From Azolla caroliniana (Eukaryota; Plantae; Polypodiophyta): a stretch of 64,000 nucleotides of DNA. Of the stretch, positions 24,745 to 37,419 are shown one piece after another. Both the position numbers and the translations under genes were made by a program. The stretch covers positions 18,538,001 through 18,602,000 of the forward strand of contig JBHGNT010000008.1 of assembly GCA_043228905.1 (NCBI GenBank), in the 5' to 3' direction. The first letter of the stretch is position 1. Every line of letters begins with the position of its first letter. The notes under the pieces are model-generated. The model did no database searches. It saw only the letters and a program-made list of their open reading frames with translations, and was not told the origin of the DNA.

Positions 24745-27700
24745 GTCGGCTCTGTCCTTCTTGACTTTGCCTCCGTCGCCGCTTGTTCCGACTTGTTCGG
24801 ATGTGTCAACTTCCTTTGTCGACTCAAGTCCTTTCTTCTTCTTGTCTCCCCCTTTCTCAGTTCTTCCCTCACTGGCGCAATCGGCAGTCTCTTTGCCTTT
24901 GCCCGTTCTCCCCCTCAAGAGTGGCATGTCGAGATGCTGAACACCAAGCATTTCGGTGAAGTGTTGCAACTTGTCCGATCCGAGCGGTTTGGTGAAGATG
25001 TCGGCAACTTGACGATCCGTATGAACATACCGAAGTTCGACTTCACCGCTCAGGACACGCTCACGCACGAAGTGGTAGTGCACTTCTATGTGCTTTGTGC
25101 GAGCATGGAATACGGGGTTCTTGACGAGTTGCATGCTGCTCATATTGTCGTAGTAGATCAGGATCGGGGTTGGTACCTCGATCCGTAGGTCTTGCAACAG
25201 TCGCCGAAGCCAAATGGCTTCACAAGTGGCGACAGTAGCGCCTCGATACTCAGCCTCAGTGCTTGACAGAGCCACTGTTGGCTGCTTTTTGTTGCTCCAC
25301 GCAATAGTCGTGCTACCTAGGGAAAACATGTAACCGGAAGTTGATTGGCGATCTGATGCATCGCCAGCCCAGTCGACATCCGTGTAACCTACTAGGTCTT
25401 CGGTTATACTTCGCCGGTATAACAATCCCCGGTCCTTCGTGCCGCTCACATACCGCAGTATTCAGTGCGCGCACTGAAGATGCTCTACGGTTGGCTTCTG
25501 CATGAATTGCCTAATCACACCGACCGGATAGTTGATGTGGGGTCGGGTGATGGTCAAATATTTAAGGCTTCTGACAATTTGTCAAAACCGTTTCTCATCG
25601 CAGGCTGGTCCGGAGTTGGGACAGAGCTTCTGGTTCCGGTCCAGGGGTGTTGAGACAGGTTGGCATTCTGTCATGCCGGACTTGTACAACATATTCAACA
25701 CATAGTGTCTTTGTTAGAGCAATATGCCGTCGGGGGTTCGGATCACCTCGATCCCAAGGAAATAGTGAAGGTCCCCTAGGTCCTTCATCTCAAATGCGTC
25801 CGACAGCTAGGACTTGACTCGACTGATTTCATCGAGTCCGGGTCCGGTGATGACTAGATCATCAACATACAACAAGATGCAAACCGGACCGTCTGGACCT
25901 TGCTGGATGAACAATGAAGAGTCGGACTTGGAGGCTGCAAACCCCATCTTACGCAACCGGTGCGTAATATTCACATTCCAAGCTTGAGGGGCTTGCTTCA
26001 GGCCATAAAGTGACTTCTTCAGCCGGCATACCGCCGACTTGTTCATCTCCGACTGAAAATCGGGGGGGTTGGGTCATCAAGACCTCTTCTTCAAGATCTC
26101 CTTGAAGAAATGCATTCTTTATGTCCATTTGGTGAAGATGCCACCCCCTTGCCGCAACAACCGCTAGCACCACATGAACCGTCATCATCTTTGCTATTGG
26201 AGCGAAGGTCTCGTCGTAGTCGATTCTGTGGGTCTGTGCGTATCCGTTTGCCACTAGTCGGGCCTTGTACCGGTTAACCGAACCGTCGACATTGTACTTT
26301 ATCTTGTACACCCATTTACATCCGATCGGTTTATAGCGTTGGGGAAGGTCAACTAGGTCCCATGTGTGGTTGGCATCAAGTGCCCGCATCTCTTCCTCCA
26401 TAGCGGCATGTGAATGTGTGTCCTTTGCCTCTTCTGCGTAGCTCTCCGGCTCACGCACTTCCGCCACCTTGGTCATGTACGCATAGTGATGCGCCATGTA
26501 CTCATTGTACTTGTACCGCGTCACGGGGTTCTTGTGGCGGGAAGACCGACATAACTTAGTATTACCTAGTTTGGGGCCCTTCTTGGTCAGGTCGGACTTC
26601 GTTCCCGAAGATCCGCCTTCATCTTTTCCGGAGCCGGATTCGCACCGATCCGACTTAGCTTTGCCGGTTTCATATTCCGACATCTTCTCCTTCCCCTTCT
26701 CCTTGCATGTGAACTGTCTCCTCGGTTCCTTGCACGGGGAGAGCACGACAAAGTCTCCATTACTTGTCGGTTCCTCATCCGACTGGTCATCTTGACTCAA
26801 CCGCTCATTCGGTCCACTTAACCGAAATGAGATTAGACTCTCTTCTAGAGTGCTAACGTCTTCATCTTCTAATTGGACCGGTTCAGGCTCACTAGCCTCA
26901 TCCTCTGGTATTGGGTCGGGGTCGGAAGTTAGAGCCGGTAAGGCATACCATGATGCCGTCTCATCAAACTCAACATCCTGGCTAACTTGGACCTGCTTCG
27001 TCCGGGGGTTATAACATTTATACCCCTTTTGCTCATGTGAGTAACCGACTAGGATGCATTTCTCCGACTTTGCATCCAACTTCCTCTGCTCTCATCCGAC
27101 ACATGCATATATGCTATGCTGCCGAATATCTGAAGGTGTCGCAAATTCGGCTTGTGCCCGAAATACAGCTCATGTGCGAACACCTTGTCATTGATCCGGT
27201 TTTGGATATAGACGACCGTCCGGACTGCCTCCGCCCAGTAGAATTTGGGCATTGCTCTTCTCCTCCAGCATCGCCCTTGCCGCGTCGATAAGCGACCGGT
27301 TCTTCCTCTTGGCTACACTGTTCTGTTCTGGTGTGTATCTGCAGCTGAACTCTCACCGAATTCCTGTTTGCTGCAGATAACTGTTGAATTGGCCGGAAAA
27401 ATATTCTTTTCCGCCATCCGACCGCAGGCACTTGATCTTCCTCTTCGTTTCCCGTTCAACCAAGCTTTGCAGGTTCTAGAAACACTCGAAGACTTCGCTC
27501 TTCTGCTCAATGAGGTAGATCCATGTGTGTCGGCTGTAGTCATCGATGAAGGAGACGAAATATCGACTCCCACCAAGACTCACGTTCTGTGCTAGTCCCC
27601 ATACTTCTGAATGAATAAGGTCGAGCTTGTTACGGACACGGTTTCGTTCGGTGGGGAATGGAAGCCATTGTTGCTTCCTGAGCTGGCAGACTTCACATAC

Positions 27701-29218
27701 ATGGGCCTTCCGGCCACTAAACTTCGGCAAACCGAAAACAACTTGTTTCGTTTGCAAGTCTTGAAGCCGCCGGTAATTGACGTGGCCGATCCGCTTGTGC
27801 CAGAGATCAATATCCGATTCAATCTTCTGTCCTTTGGTGAACAACGCGGTGCCGATGTCATTGGTGTTGAGGATGAACATCCTCCCATCTCTGCACCCTT
27901 ACGCAATGATTTGGCCTTCTTCCTCGATGAAGCACCTGAGGTGCGTAAACCGTACCTGCATCCCCTGGTCGACAATCTGTCCAACCGACACCAGGTTCTT
28001 CATGATAGTCGGAATGTGTAATACGTTCATCAGCTTCCCCCTCTGTCCGACGTGGCTCAAAGGGACTTCTCCGATATGCACGATTGGGTGAGGAGTGTCG
28101 TCTCCGGTTTCGACAACTCTTGGTTGTTCCGGTTTCTCCAGGAAGGAGAACCACTCTTTGTGGCTCGTCATGTGATTTGACGCACCGGAATCAACATACC
28201 ATACTTCCTCCGATTTGGAAGTGGTCTTCTTCATCGAATTTTCCTCGTGCTTCATCACCAAGGCTAGCCCCTTACCGGTCTTCCCGGTTCCGGATCCTTT
28301 CGATCCTTGTGTGTAGTGCGAGCTTTGTCGGTTCTCCCGACCGGTTTTGCCGGATGCAGATCTTTTTGAATCGGCACGCTTCTTCTAGCACTCACTTTCT
28401 CTGTGGCCCTTTTTGCCATAGTACTAGCATTCCGTGGTGGATTTGTCTTGCCGGCCTCCGGCACCGCCTTGACTCCCCCTGCTTGTGGAAGTCTTGGAAC
28501 TGTTGTCAGCCCATTCTCTATGCCTTCTTTCTTGCTCTTGCTTGCCGCCTCCAGTGCGTGCCGACCCACCTCGTCCCCTATGCCCATGGGGCCTATCTGC
28601 CTCCGTGTACAACATCCGACTGTCCGATTGAGTGGTCCTGGACCCACTCGCGTGGTTTTCTTTGACCATCAGCATCGATTGCAAGTCAAAGAAGTTCGGT
28701 GGTTTCTCCCTGGTGTAGATTGCTGTCTGGATTGGCCCGTACCTTTGCGCTAGACCACCAAGGCAGATTTGTACCATTTCATCTTCGTCCACCGTCACGT
28801 TGATGGACCCAAGCGCATCACAAATCTCCTTTATTTTGGTGGTGTAGTCCGTAACCGACATATCTTTTTGTCGGATGTTGTTCAGCTCTTGCCGGAGTTG
28901 CAACTTACGGGCTGTGGTACTTGTGGCAATAATCTTACGCAGGTTTTCCCAGGCCTCCTTCGGCGTCTTTGCATCCCAGATGTAGTCGAGCATCTGGTCA
29001 TGCACACAGGACGCGAGGCAGTATAATACTTGGCTCGCTCCTTGCTCCCATACCGAGAAGTCCTTGTGTCCAAGCTCTGGTGCTACCTCATTCGTTCCTT
29101 CCATGAAACTCCAATACCCATGCCCCAATAGGTACTGGTGCATTTTGTATGACCAGGATGTGTAGTTGCTCCGGTCGAGCTTCTTTATAGGAAGTGAACT
29201 CGCCATACCTCTGTCCAT
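24745..29218 (-). pseudogene. gag-pol of copia A (frameshifts and stops); the C-terminal tail continues at 14850-14664
   Basis: Gag 28424-29218; WYVDSGASNHM; LWHKRIGH; FIDDYSR; YKARLVA; YVDD; GYTDVDWAG...STEAEY...ADIFTK. Confidence 0.92.
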
Positions 29219-29310
29219 ATTTTTTCTTTTTGTCTATTGTTTTGTTCTCACAACCTAGAGGGTTTGTCTTGCGAAAGCAAATGCCATCTGTAGAGGTCTT
29301 CAACCCTCGT

Positions 29311-29322
29311 GCTCTGATACCA
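29311..29322 (-). promoter_or_regulatory. tRNA-iMet PBS of copia A
   Basis: TGGTATCAGAGC on the minus strand, directly after the 5' LTR. Confidence 0.92.
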
Positions 29323-29785
29323 TGTGAAAGCGTATGAGCGGAAGCGTAAGACAATAGCTTGGCTGCGTAGCAGTAGAGAGAGAGAGAGAGAGAGAATAGT
29401 ACACAGAATATAGAGAGTACTCGGGAGAGAGAGAGGGAGAGAGAGAGAGAGAGAGCAGAATGTTCAAATCTCTTACAAAACAATAATAGTTCTCTATACA
29501 TGAAACGTGATCAACATCACTATTTATACAAGTCCTGAGAGGACTGACAGAAGTACCACGTACTTCAATGCTCACTCGAGCGTCTGGCACTAACTACGAG
29601 ACTATTAACTCCGTAGTAGTCTAGTTGCTACTAGGCTTCTGGTTACTGATGGATCTGGCCAACCGGCTCCCCAGCTCACCGGCTCACTTGCTCGCCGGGT
29701 CACCGATCCGGCTCATCCTTCTGGATGGTGATCCAACTCAGGTTTATTCAGCCGATCCGAATCCGGTTGAGCTTGTCGCTCAACA
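29323..29785 (-). repeat. 5' LTR of copia A
   Basis: TGTGAAAG...CTCAACA. On the minus strand a TATA (GTATAAATAG) is followed by CT-rich sequence. Confidence 0.92.
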
Positions 29786-31102
29786 GTATCCGTACTGGAA
29801 TCTTTCTTCTTACTTGGGTGTTCTTACAAACCATCTTGGGATTGATGTGTGGGGATGTACTAGTGTTTACCCTTTTGTGGGCAAGACAAGAAACAGTGAG
29901 TGTAAATCATTTTCGAGCTACTAATGCTTAAATTAACTACTGAAACAAACTCTAAACACAATCTACCATGGAATCTCATGCAAAAGACAAAAATTTCTCC
30001 TTAAACAACAAGAGACTTCACTACACTTCCCACATGCTCGATAGACCATTGACGGAAGGGTGAAGGCAATCTATGATGTACCAACTTTTGGCCAAAACAA
30101 TTAGAGTCACATTTAAAGTGACATTTCCCATATTGTTCATTCACTCTCTACCTAGGTTGATATCTTTAGGCCTCTATAGTACAATTTTGATTTTGCTACA
30201 CCTAAGTCAATAGGGGATCTTGCATTTGATCTCAAGGGCTCGAATGTGATGCGTCCATCCTCGGTAAGGGGACATGCACCATGACGATCAATGGCAATAT
30301 ATGAGGAGGTGGAGATGATGTTCGATATCTTAAATTCGAATATGTATTTTGCATAATATAAAAAAATTAATTAGGGTCAATCTAACATAAGTTTCACTTT
30401 TCTAACAGGAGGGTTTCAAAATTGGGACCAAACATCACGAGGCCATTGTCTATGGGCAAGGTCATTTAGGCACAATTTTTGTAAAGAGGTGTGGTTAAAT
30501 GTACAATCCCCACAACAAAAGGTATGTCTCCTCAAATATTTATTATGTTAGTTGTGTGAGTCTCTTTTATATTATATGTTAGTATATTGTATCACTAAGT
30601 CAAATTATGAATTTGTGTTATAAAATATGAAGCTGTCACGGTTCATATACGCATGGACCATGCTTCCCATTTGGGAAGAGGCGGCATAAAAGGCTTTAAG
30701 GCCCATTTTGTAAGTGTAAATTTAGTTTGGAGTTTGAGTTTGTAAAAACATAAAATGAAAAGTAATCTTAATTCATGTTTTCTTCATTTTCTAGATGAAA
30801 GATTATTGGTGCTCACCTCCTACGATGTATGAGCAAAAAATAACCTGATACAAAGGTTACAAATGTTTGATAAACATCTATCCCCCACCAAATCTAGAGA
30901 TAAGTGCAATTTATGGGCTCTATCATTTCACAAACCCTCACAACTATTATCTCTTTCTCAACTAAACAGGTTTTTAACAACGTTTGGGTTTTTACATGTT
31001 CAAGAGATTGATGGAACTCAAGACATTCTTGAGGTCAAGCAAGACCAACAACTCCGCCAAGTGAGTCTTCCACATTCAACTAAGAATTAGGGTTTAGGGT
31101 TT

Positions 31103-31180
31103 AACTGAGTTGGTAAGGTTACCCCCAATCGAGACTAGGAGGTCATGGGTTCAACCCCTACATTCCACGGTGGCATCTAG
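31103..31180 (+). other. tRNA-derived SINE-head-like sequence (A box and B box)
   Basis: TAACTGAGTTGG ... GGTTCAACCCC at tRNA-like spacing, with no proper cloverleaf. Preceded by two TTAGGGT telomere-like units. Confidence 0.4.
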
Positions 31181-31280
31181 TGAATTAAGAGATATGTATG
31201 AAGTATAGAGAGGTGAGAAAATTGGGTGTAATAGAGAGATGAGAAAATTGGGCTTCGAACTGCAAATGTAGAGCTTGTAA

Positions 31281-34264
31281 ACACGTTCGCGTTCACAAGT
31301 GGAAGGATCGCACATTCCACTTATAGATTCCTTTTATAATCTTGCGATTTTAGGCAATTTTTAGAAACTTGATACACTAGTATCACATGTTTTAAATAAC
31401 ATGTAAAATTTTTGCTATTTTTTTGAGATTTAACAAGTTTCAAAATGATCATTTCTAAAATTGAATAGTTTTTGAATAAATGTTTAAACGTTGATGGTGT
31501 GCAAATATGAAATGTAATTAACTTAAAGGAAATCACAATGGTTAACTCAAGGCACAAGTTAAGATTAATGGTTTCACTATCTTGAGAAGATATAGGTTCC
31601 AGAAGTGGAAGTTACACTATTGTTAGACTTGAAAATGTTTTAAGTATAAGAAGTGGAAGTTACACTATTGTTAGACTTGAAAATATTTTAAGTATAAGAG
31701 GTAACATTATCTATAAATTTAGTGCTCATTAACATTCATACATTCACAAGTCAAGAAATGTATACAATATTCATAAACAATTTTGATAAATCCATAACTC
31801 CTAAAATGTAGACGATATTCATAGACTGTCAAAACTGCCAAACTTAGATGTAAACATTAATATATCAATTTGAACATATCACATAGTTATCAAGGTATCC
31901 ACAATGTTCTCCTCTTCTTCATTTTGAGGACTCCCCTTCAAAATTTGTGAAGTAAATGGCATTTGCAAGGTTCAATTACCATCAACACAATTATTAATGG
32001 TTTTTTGTTAATCAAGGAAGCACATGTTCACCATAAAGTATCTTGTTGTGCAACATACTTCTTTACATTATCGAGATGCATCATTTACTCTTGTAAAACA
32101 GAGATTTTAGAACAATTCGAGTTCATGTAAACCCTAAATCTCTTTTATTTGAAAATAAAGAAGATTTCAAAACATGGACTCGATATATTGTATTGAGTTG
32201 ATGTAAAAAACAGAGTTTTCATCACAATTCCATACAATGTATGAAATTCATGTTCAAAGTTTTTTTTCCTAGGTTTAAAAAATAAAAAAACACAAAAATT
32301 GAGCTTGAGTTGATGAAAAAACGAGACTTTTCATCACAATTCAATGCAACATATCGAGTTCATGTTTAAGGTAATTTGTTTTTATTTTTGTCAAATTTGT
32401 TTTCAAATTTTTTTGATGTTTTTGGAATAGGAAAATTTAAATAGGAATTCGATACATTGTATTGACTTGTGATGAAAACTCTAGTTTTTTCATCACTTCA
32501 AGCTCAAAAAAAAATTCAAAAATTCATAAAAAACTAGAAAAAAAATCTATTAAAAAAAAAAAACTCTGAAAAAAACTTTAAACATGAACTCCATACATGA
32601 TATCCAGTTCATGCCAAAAAGTGAGCTTTATGACACGAACTTGATACAATATATCGAGTTGGTCTTGAAAACTTTGTTTTTCAATACGACCGAGTTCGTG
32701 TTGAAAAGTTGACTTTTCAACATGAACTCCATACAATGTATCGTGTTTGTGTTGAAATGTTTTCAACACAAACATTGTATCGAGTTCGTGTTGAATACTC
32801 TATTTTCTAACACGAACTCGATACATTGTATTGAATTCATGTTAAAAAGTCAACCTTTTGACACAAACTCAATACATTGTATTGAGTTCTTGTTGAAAAA
32901 CAGAGTTTTCAAGACCAACTCGATACATTATATTGAGTTCATGTCAAAAAGCTGACTTTTTGACATGAACCTCATACAATGTATCAAGTTTATGTTTAAA
33001 GTTTTTTTGGGGGTTTTAATAAAAAAAAGATTTATTTTCTATTTATTTTGGTTTTTTTTGTTTTTTTCTGTGAATCTTTTTTTGAACTTGAAGTAATAAA
33101 AAAACTAGAGTTTTTATTACAGGTCGATACAATATATCGAATTCATGTTTAAAATTTATTTTTTCCAATATATATATATATAAAATAAAATAATTAAAAA
33201 AATAAAAAAAAAAACAAAAAAAAATTGAAAAAAAAAACTTTAAACATGAACTCGAAAACTGGTTTTTTTAATCAACGCAAGCTCGTTTTTTATTTTTTTA
33301 AATTCGGGAAAAAAACTTTGAACATGAATTTCATACATTGTATGGAATTGTGATGAAAACTCTATTTTTTACATCAACTCGATACAATATATCGAGTTGA
33401 TGTTTAGAAATCTACTTTCTTTTCAAATAAATGAGGTTTAGGGTTTACATGAACTCGAATTGTACTAAAATCTTTGTTTTTACAAGAATAAAAGATGCAT
33501 ATCGATACTGTAAAGGAGTATGTTGCACAACAAGATACCTTATAGTGAACATGTGCTTCCTTGATTAACAAAAACCCATTAATAATTGTGTTGATGGTAA
33601 TTGAACCTTGCAAATGCCATTATTTCACAAATTTTGTAGGGGAGTTTTCAAAATGAAGAAGAGGAGAGCATTGTGGATACCTTGATAACTATGTGATATG
33701 TTCAAATTGATATATTAATGTTTACATCTAAGTTTGGCAGTTTTGACAGTTTATGAATATCGTTTACATTTTAGGAGTTATGGATTTATCAAAATTGTTT
33801 ATGAATATTGTATACATTTCTTGACTTGTGAATTTATGGATGTTAATGAGCACTAAATTGATAGATAATTGCATTAAGGATTACAATGTTACCTCTTATA
33901 CTTAAAAAAATTTCAAGTTTAACAATAGATGTAACTTCCACTTCTGGAACCTACATCTCCTCAAGATGGTGAAACCATTAATCTTAACTTGTGCCTTGAG
34001 TTAACCATTGTGATTTCTTTAAGTTCACTACATTTCATATCTGCACACCATTAATGTTTAAACATTTATTGAAAAAAATATCAATTTTAGAAATGATCAT
34101 TTTGAAACTTGTTAAATCTCAAAAAAATAGCAAAAATTTTACATGTTATTTAAAACATGTGATACTAGTGTATCAAGTTTCTAAAAATTGCCTAAAATCG
34201 CAAGATTATATAAGGAATCTATAAGTGGAATGCACGATCCTTCAACTTGTGAACGTGAACATGT
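31281..34264. mobile_element. Foldback-type non-autonomous DNA transposon: ~1.5-kb inverted arms around a palindromic-repeat core
   Basis: 31281-~32780 is the reverse complement of ~32780-34264 (ends ACACGTTCGCGTTCACAAGT / ACTTGTGAACGTGAACATGT). TAA lies on both flanks, which is PIF/Harbinger-like but tentative. Confidence 0.8.
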
Positions 34265-34267
34265 TAA

Positions 34268-34935
34268 ATGTTCTTCTCGAATTCGGATGGTGGCCGAGGA
34301 TGAGGTTGAGGCAGTAGAAGAGGTTGATTCGACCCATCTCACGAAGGGAACTCAAACGTTGGACAACAAGATGGAAGCCATCGAGGAACCTTCGGAAAAA
34401 GGGGGAGCTTCCATGCCGAACAAGGTCGGCAAATGGCTCGCTACTTGCAACTATTGCCGCAAAATCGGCCACTGCGAAGAGGAGAGTCGAAAGAAGAGAA
34501 GTGAGTCGGCTTCGACAAGTTGACAATTGACAAGTTATGCCATCTACTCTGAATACTATGACTATGGTGGGCTATTCGTAATAAGACATAGAGCGAACTC
34601 TATGACAACCCCTCACTCCATAAACACCTCTAACTCGGAAGACGTGTGGTTCGTCAACTCTGGTGCCTCACATCATATGACGTCACACCAAGAGTGGTTT
34701 CATGACTTAAGAACGCCGGATCAACCTGGCGTCATAGAGATGGGAGACGACACCACACATCCCATTCAACACATCGACAATGTTCCATTCGACAATGACG
34801 ACCGAAACAATTGCATCAAGAATGTCTTGCATGTGCCAATAATAACAAAGAATTTGGTCTCGGTCGGCCAAATCTTTGAGTAAGGCATGCAAGTTCGTTT
34901 CAAAAACGAAGGATGTTTCATCAAGAAGGTCTGAC
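34268..34935 (+). mobile_element. Copia fragment (gag zinc knuckle and protease), same family as copia F
   Basis: CNYCRKIGHCEEES, VWFVNSGASHHMT, NVLHVPIITKNLVSVG. Confidence 0.85.
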
Positions 34936-35666
34936 CATGGTTGTTTACGTACTCGTATTTAACGTTTAAATACGTATAGTACCTCATCATTTGTATAGTA
35001 CATACTATACCTCAATGTTTTTCAGTCAAATATCATGTACGTTTGTCCAATACGGTATTTAACGTATTTATAAAAAAATAGGTATAATACGTATTTATAA
35101 AGAAAATGTAAGTAAAACCCTAACAAAAAGCAAAAGAAAAAAAAGATTTTAATGAAAAAGAGGCCAAAGGAAGGAAGAAAGAAGAACAGAGGAGACGACG
35201 ATGAAGAAGATGAAGAAGAGAGAAAAGAAGACATAAACCTGTCTTGAGTGTGATAATCGCAAAAGATAGAAGAAGAAGAAGAAGAAAACGAAGAAAAGAG
35301 AAACCTATCATAAGTGTGAAAATCGTAGACGATTCCTCAATCTATGAAGCCATAATTGTAAATAATTACAATTTGAAGTAGAACATCATGATACACACTT
35401 ACACTGATTTATAGAATAAGGGAATGTCGACATCCATATTACTACAAGTATTTTAGGATGTGAAATGTTCAAATGTCTTATATGCATTTTAGGATGTAGA
35501 ACTATATTGTACATCACAAAATTGTGTAAACATAGATGTTTTTTACAATATTATAGATATTTTTTAGAAAGGTAAATAATTTTCAAATTCTAGAAGTATT
35601 TAACGTACTATACGTAAAATATGTATTTTATAAGTATTTAACATATTAAGAAAACGTATTTAACGT
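34936..35666. mobile_element. Possible left end of a hAT-like DNA transposon
   Basis: Abrupt start CATGGTTGTTTACG with repeated CGTATTT/ACGTA subterminal motifs. It is interrupted by the gypsy LTR at 35667, and no partner TIR was found. Confidence 0.35.
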
Positions 35667-37155
35667 TGTCGTAGTGTAATTCGCACACTACATGAAAAAT
35701 TACATTTTTGGTTTCTCCGGATAGGATATGGAGTACCCAGTGAGAACTGGAAGGAAGAACCGGTGAGGACCGATACCGGTAAAGAGACCGGCAAGAGCCG
35801 GATGAAGAAGGCCGGTGAGAGTTGGTGAGAAACGGACGAAGAGGGCCGGTAAGGAGGATCCGGTAAGAACCGGATAAAGAAAACCGGCGAGAACCGGATG
35901 AAGCAGAACCGGAAAGAGCCGGATGAAGAAGGCCGTCGAGAGTCTCTCACCAGATGAAGAGACATATTTGTGAATAGAAGAAAGTATAAAATTATATATT
36001 ACATGCATAGGGCAAGATTTGAACCTTGCACCTTCATGTTAATAATGTTAAGCCTTATCATTATACTAGCGTATTATGAATTTTAAAGTTATACTAAACT
36101 TTATCCCATGTAAAATTTCTAGACATGCATGGTACAAAAAGTTATTCATGCATAGACACTCGAGTTAAAAAGAAAAGATGAGATAGAAAGCTAATCATGC
36201 ACATGCAGTGTGCATGAAAACTAAAGATAGGAAAAGCATGATGCTTGCATGTGATAAACTTAGACTCTTCCAACACTATATAAGGAAGAGAGAGATGTAT
36301 AGAGGTTGTTGATTATTTTACAAGGGTTGATTAATATAATATAATCGTGGGATCCACGAGTTTGCTAACTATTTTTCTCTCTTAATTTGTGTACTCACTA
36401 ATACACTATACTCGTAGGATTCACGAGTTTTTCATATCTTTCTTTCTTAGAATATATTTCATATTCTTAATTGCCTTAGAATTTTCTTTCCTCCTAGTCC
36501 AAAATCCCAGCGGTTCCCACCCGACTCACGCAACGATCCGGAGCCGAAAGGCACGACACAAGTGGTGAACCCGACGTGAACACGGGTGGCAAGGAGATGG
36601 AAAATCAACCGGAGGCTAACAACATGAGGATGATGTTTGAGCGGATGCTTCAAGAACAACGCGCGATGTCGGAGATAGCGGCGGCAGTAGAGCGGCTCGT
36701 GCAACGGATCAGGAAATTCAACGGAAAGGAGGTATCGCACTATCTTCCGGACTACAAGGCGGAAATGATACGATGCGGGATTTTGGAAGGACTGCAAGTG
36801 ACATCCTTCAACCGGGTAGCTACCGACGGGCTTCAAGCAAGTATCCACGGGCTACGACAACAAAATCCGACGTGGGAAGCGTTTGAAGAGGCGCTAAAGA
36901 CCACGTTCGCTATCGAGGACTCCTCCAAGGTAACGCGGAGAGGATTGGGTAGAAACACCGGACAAGGGGATGAAGGTCCTCGATGTGTTTTCGGCATTTG
37001 AAAGTCGGTTCGGGAGGTTTTCTGCGAGAGATCAAGCTATCCTCGTACCGGACAAAGTTATCATGTTCTTATGAGCCGTAGACGTCCGGGACCGGAAGGA
37101 TCTTGGAGTGCTTCTAGAGGACACGACTACCGAGAGTGGCCTCACCGAAACATGG
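35667..37155 (+). mobile_element. Truncated gypsy element E: LTR (35667-36558), tRNA-Trp PBS and start of gag
   Basis: LTR TGTCGT...ACGACA. PBS TGGTGAACCCGACGTGAA (36563-36580) is complementary to the plant tRNA-Trp 3' end. Gag RKFNGKEVSHYL is homologous to 59640-60023 and 61983-62435. Confidence 0.82.
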
Positions 37156-37419
37156 GAACTCGAACCCATGACCTTATGCTACATGGGTCGAGCTCTTGAC
37201 CATTAGACCATACATTGTAATATATAGAATATTATTTTCATTTTTATTATATCGAGCGTTCCTTGTATATTCTTGTCACACAGTATATCGCTGTCATCAT
37301 CATTTCCTCTCAGTCCCTCTCTCTGTCTCACTCTCTCTCTCTCTTCTTTTCTCAAGTGTTCTACACCTTAAATTCTTCTTAGTACTAATATTTCTCTCTT
37401 AGTACTAATTTCATCTTTG

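Larger units (their letters stand above)
13956..29785 (-). mobile_element. Ty1/copia LTR retrotransposon A, full-length and degenerate, hosting nested gypsy B
   Basis: TG...CA LTRs at 13956-14402 and 29323-29785, roughly 7-8% diverged by eye. tRNA-iMet PBS at 29311-29322 and PPT at 14403-14414. Domain order gag-PR(VDSGAS)-INT-RT(YVDD)-RNaseH. The flanks GCAAC/GTATC match at only 3 of 5 bases. Confidence 0.93.

Noticed and set aside
31087-31103. Interstitial telomere repeat TTAGGGTTTAGGGTTT
   Set aside because: Only two units, which is common as a telo-box-like motif and too short to be meaningful.
32578-33000. CRISPR-like regularly spaced palindromic repeats
   Set aside because: The spacers are short and similar to each other, there are no cas genes, and the context is a eukaryotic foldback element.
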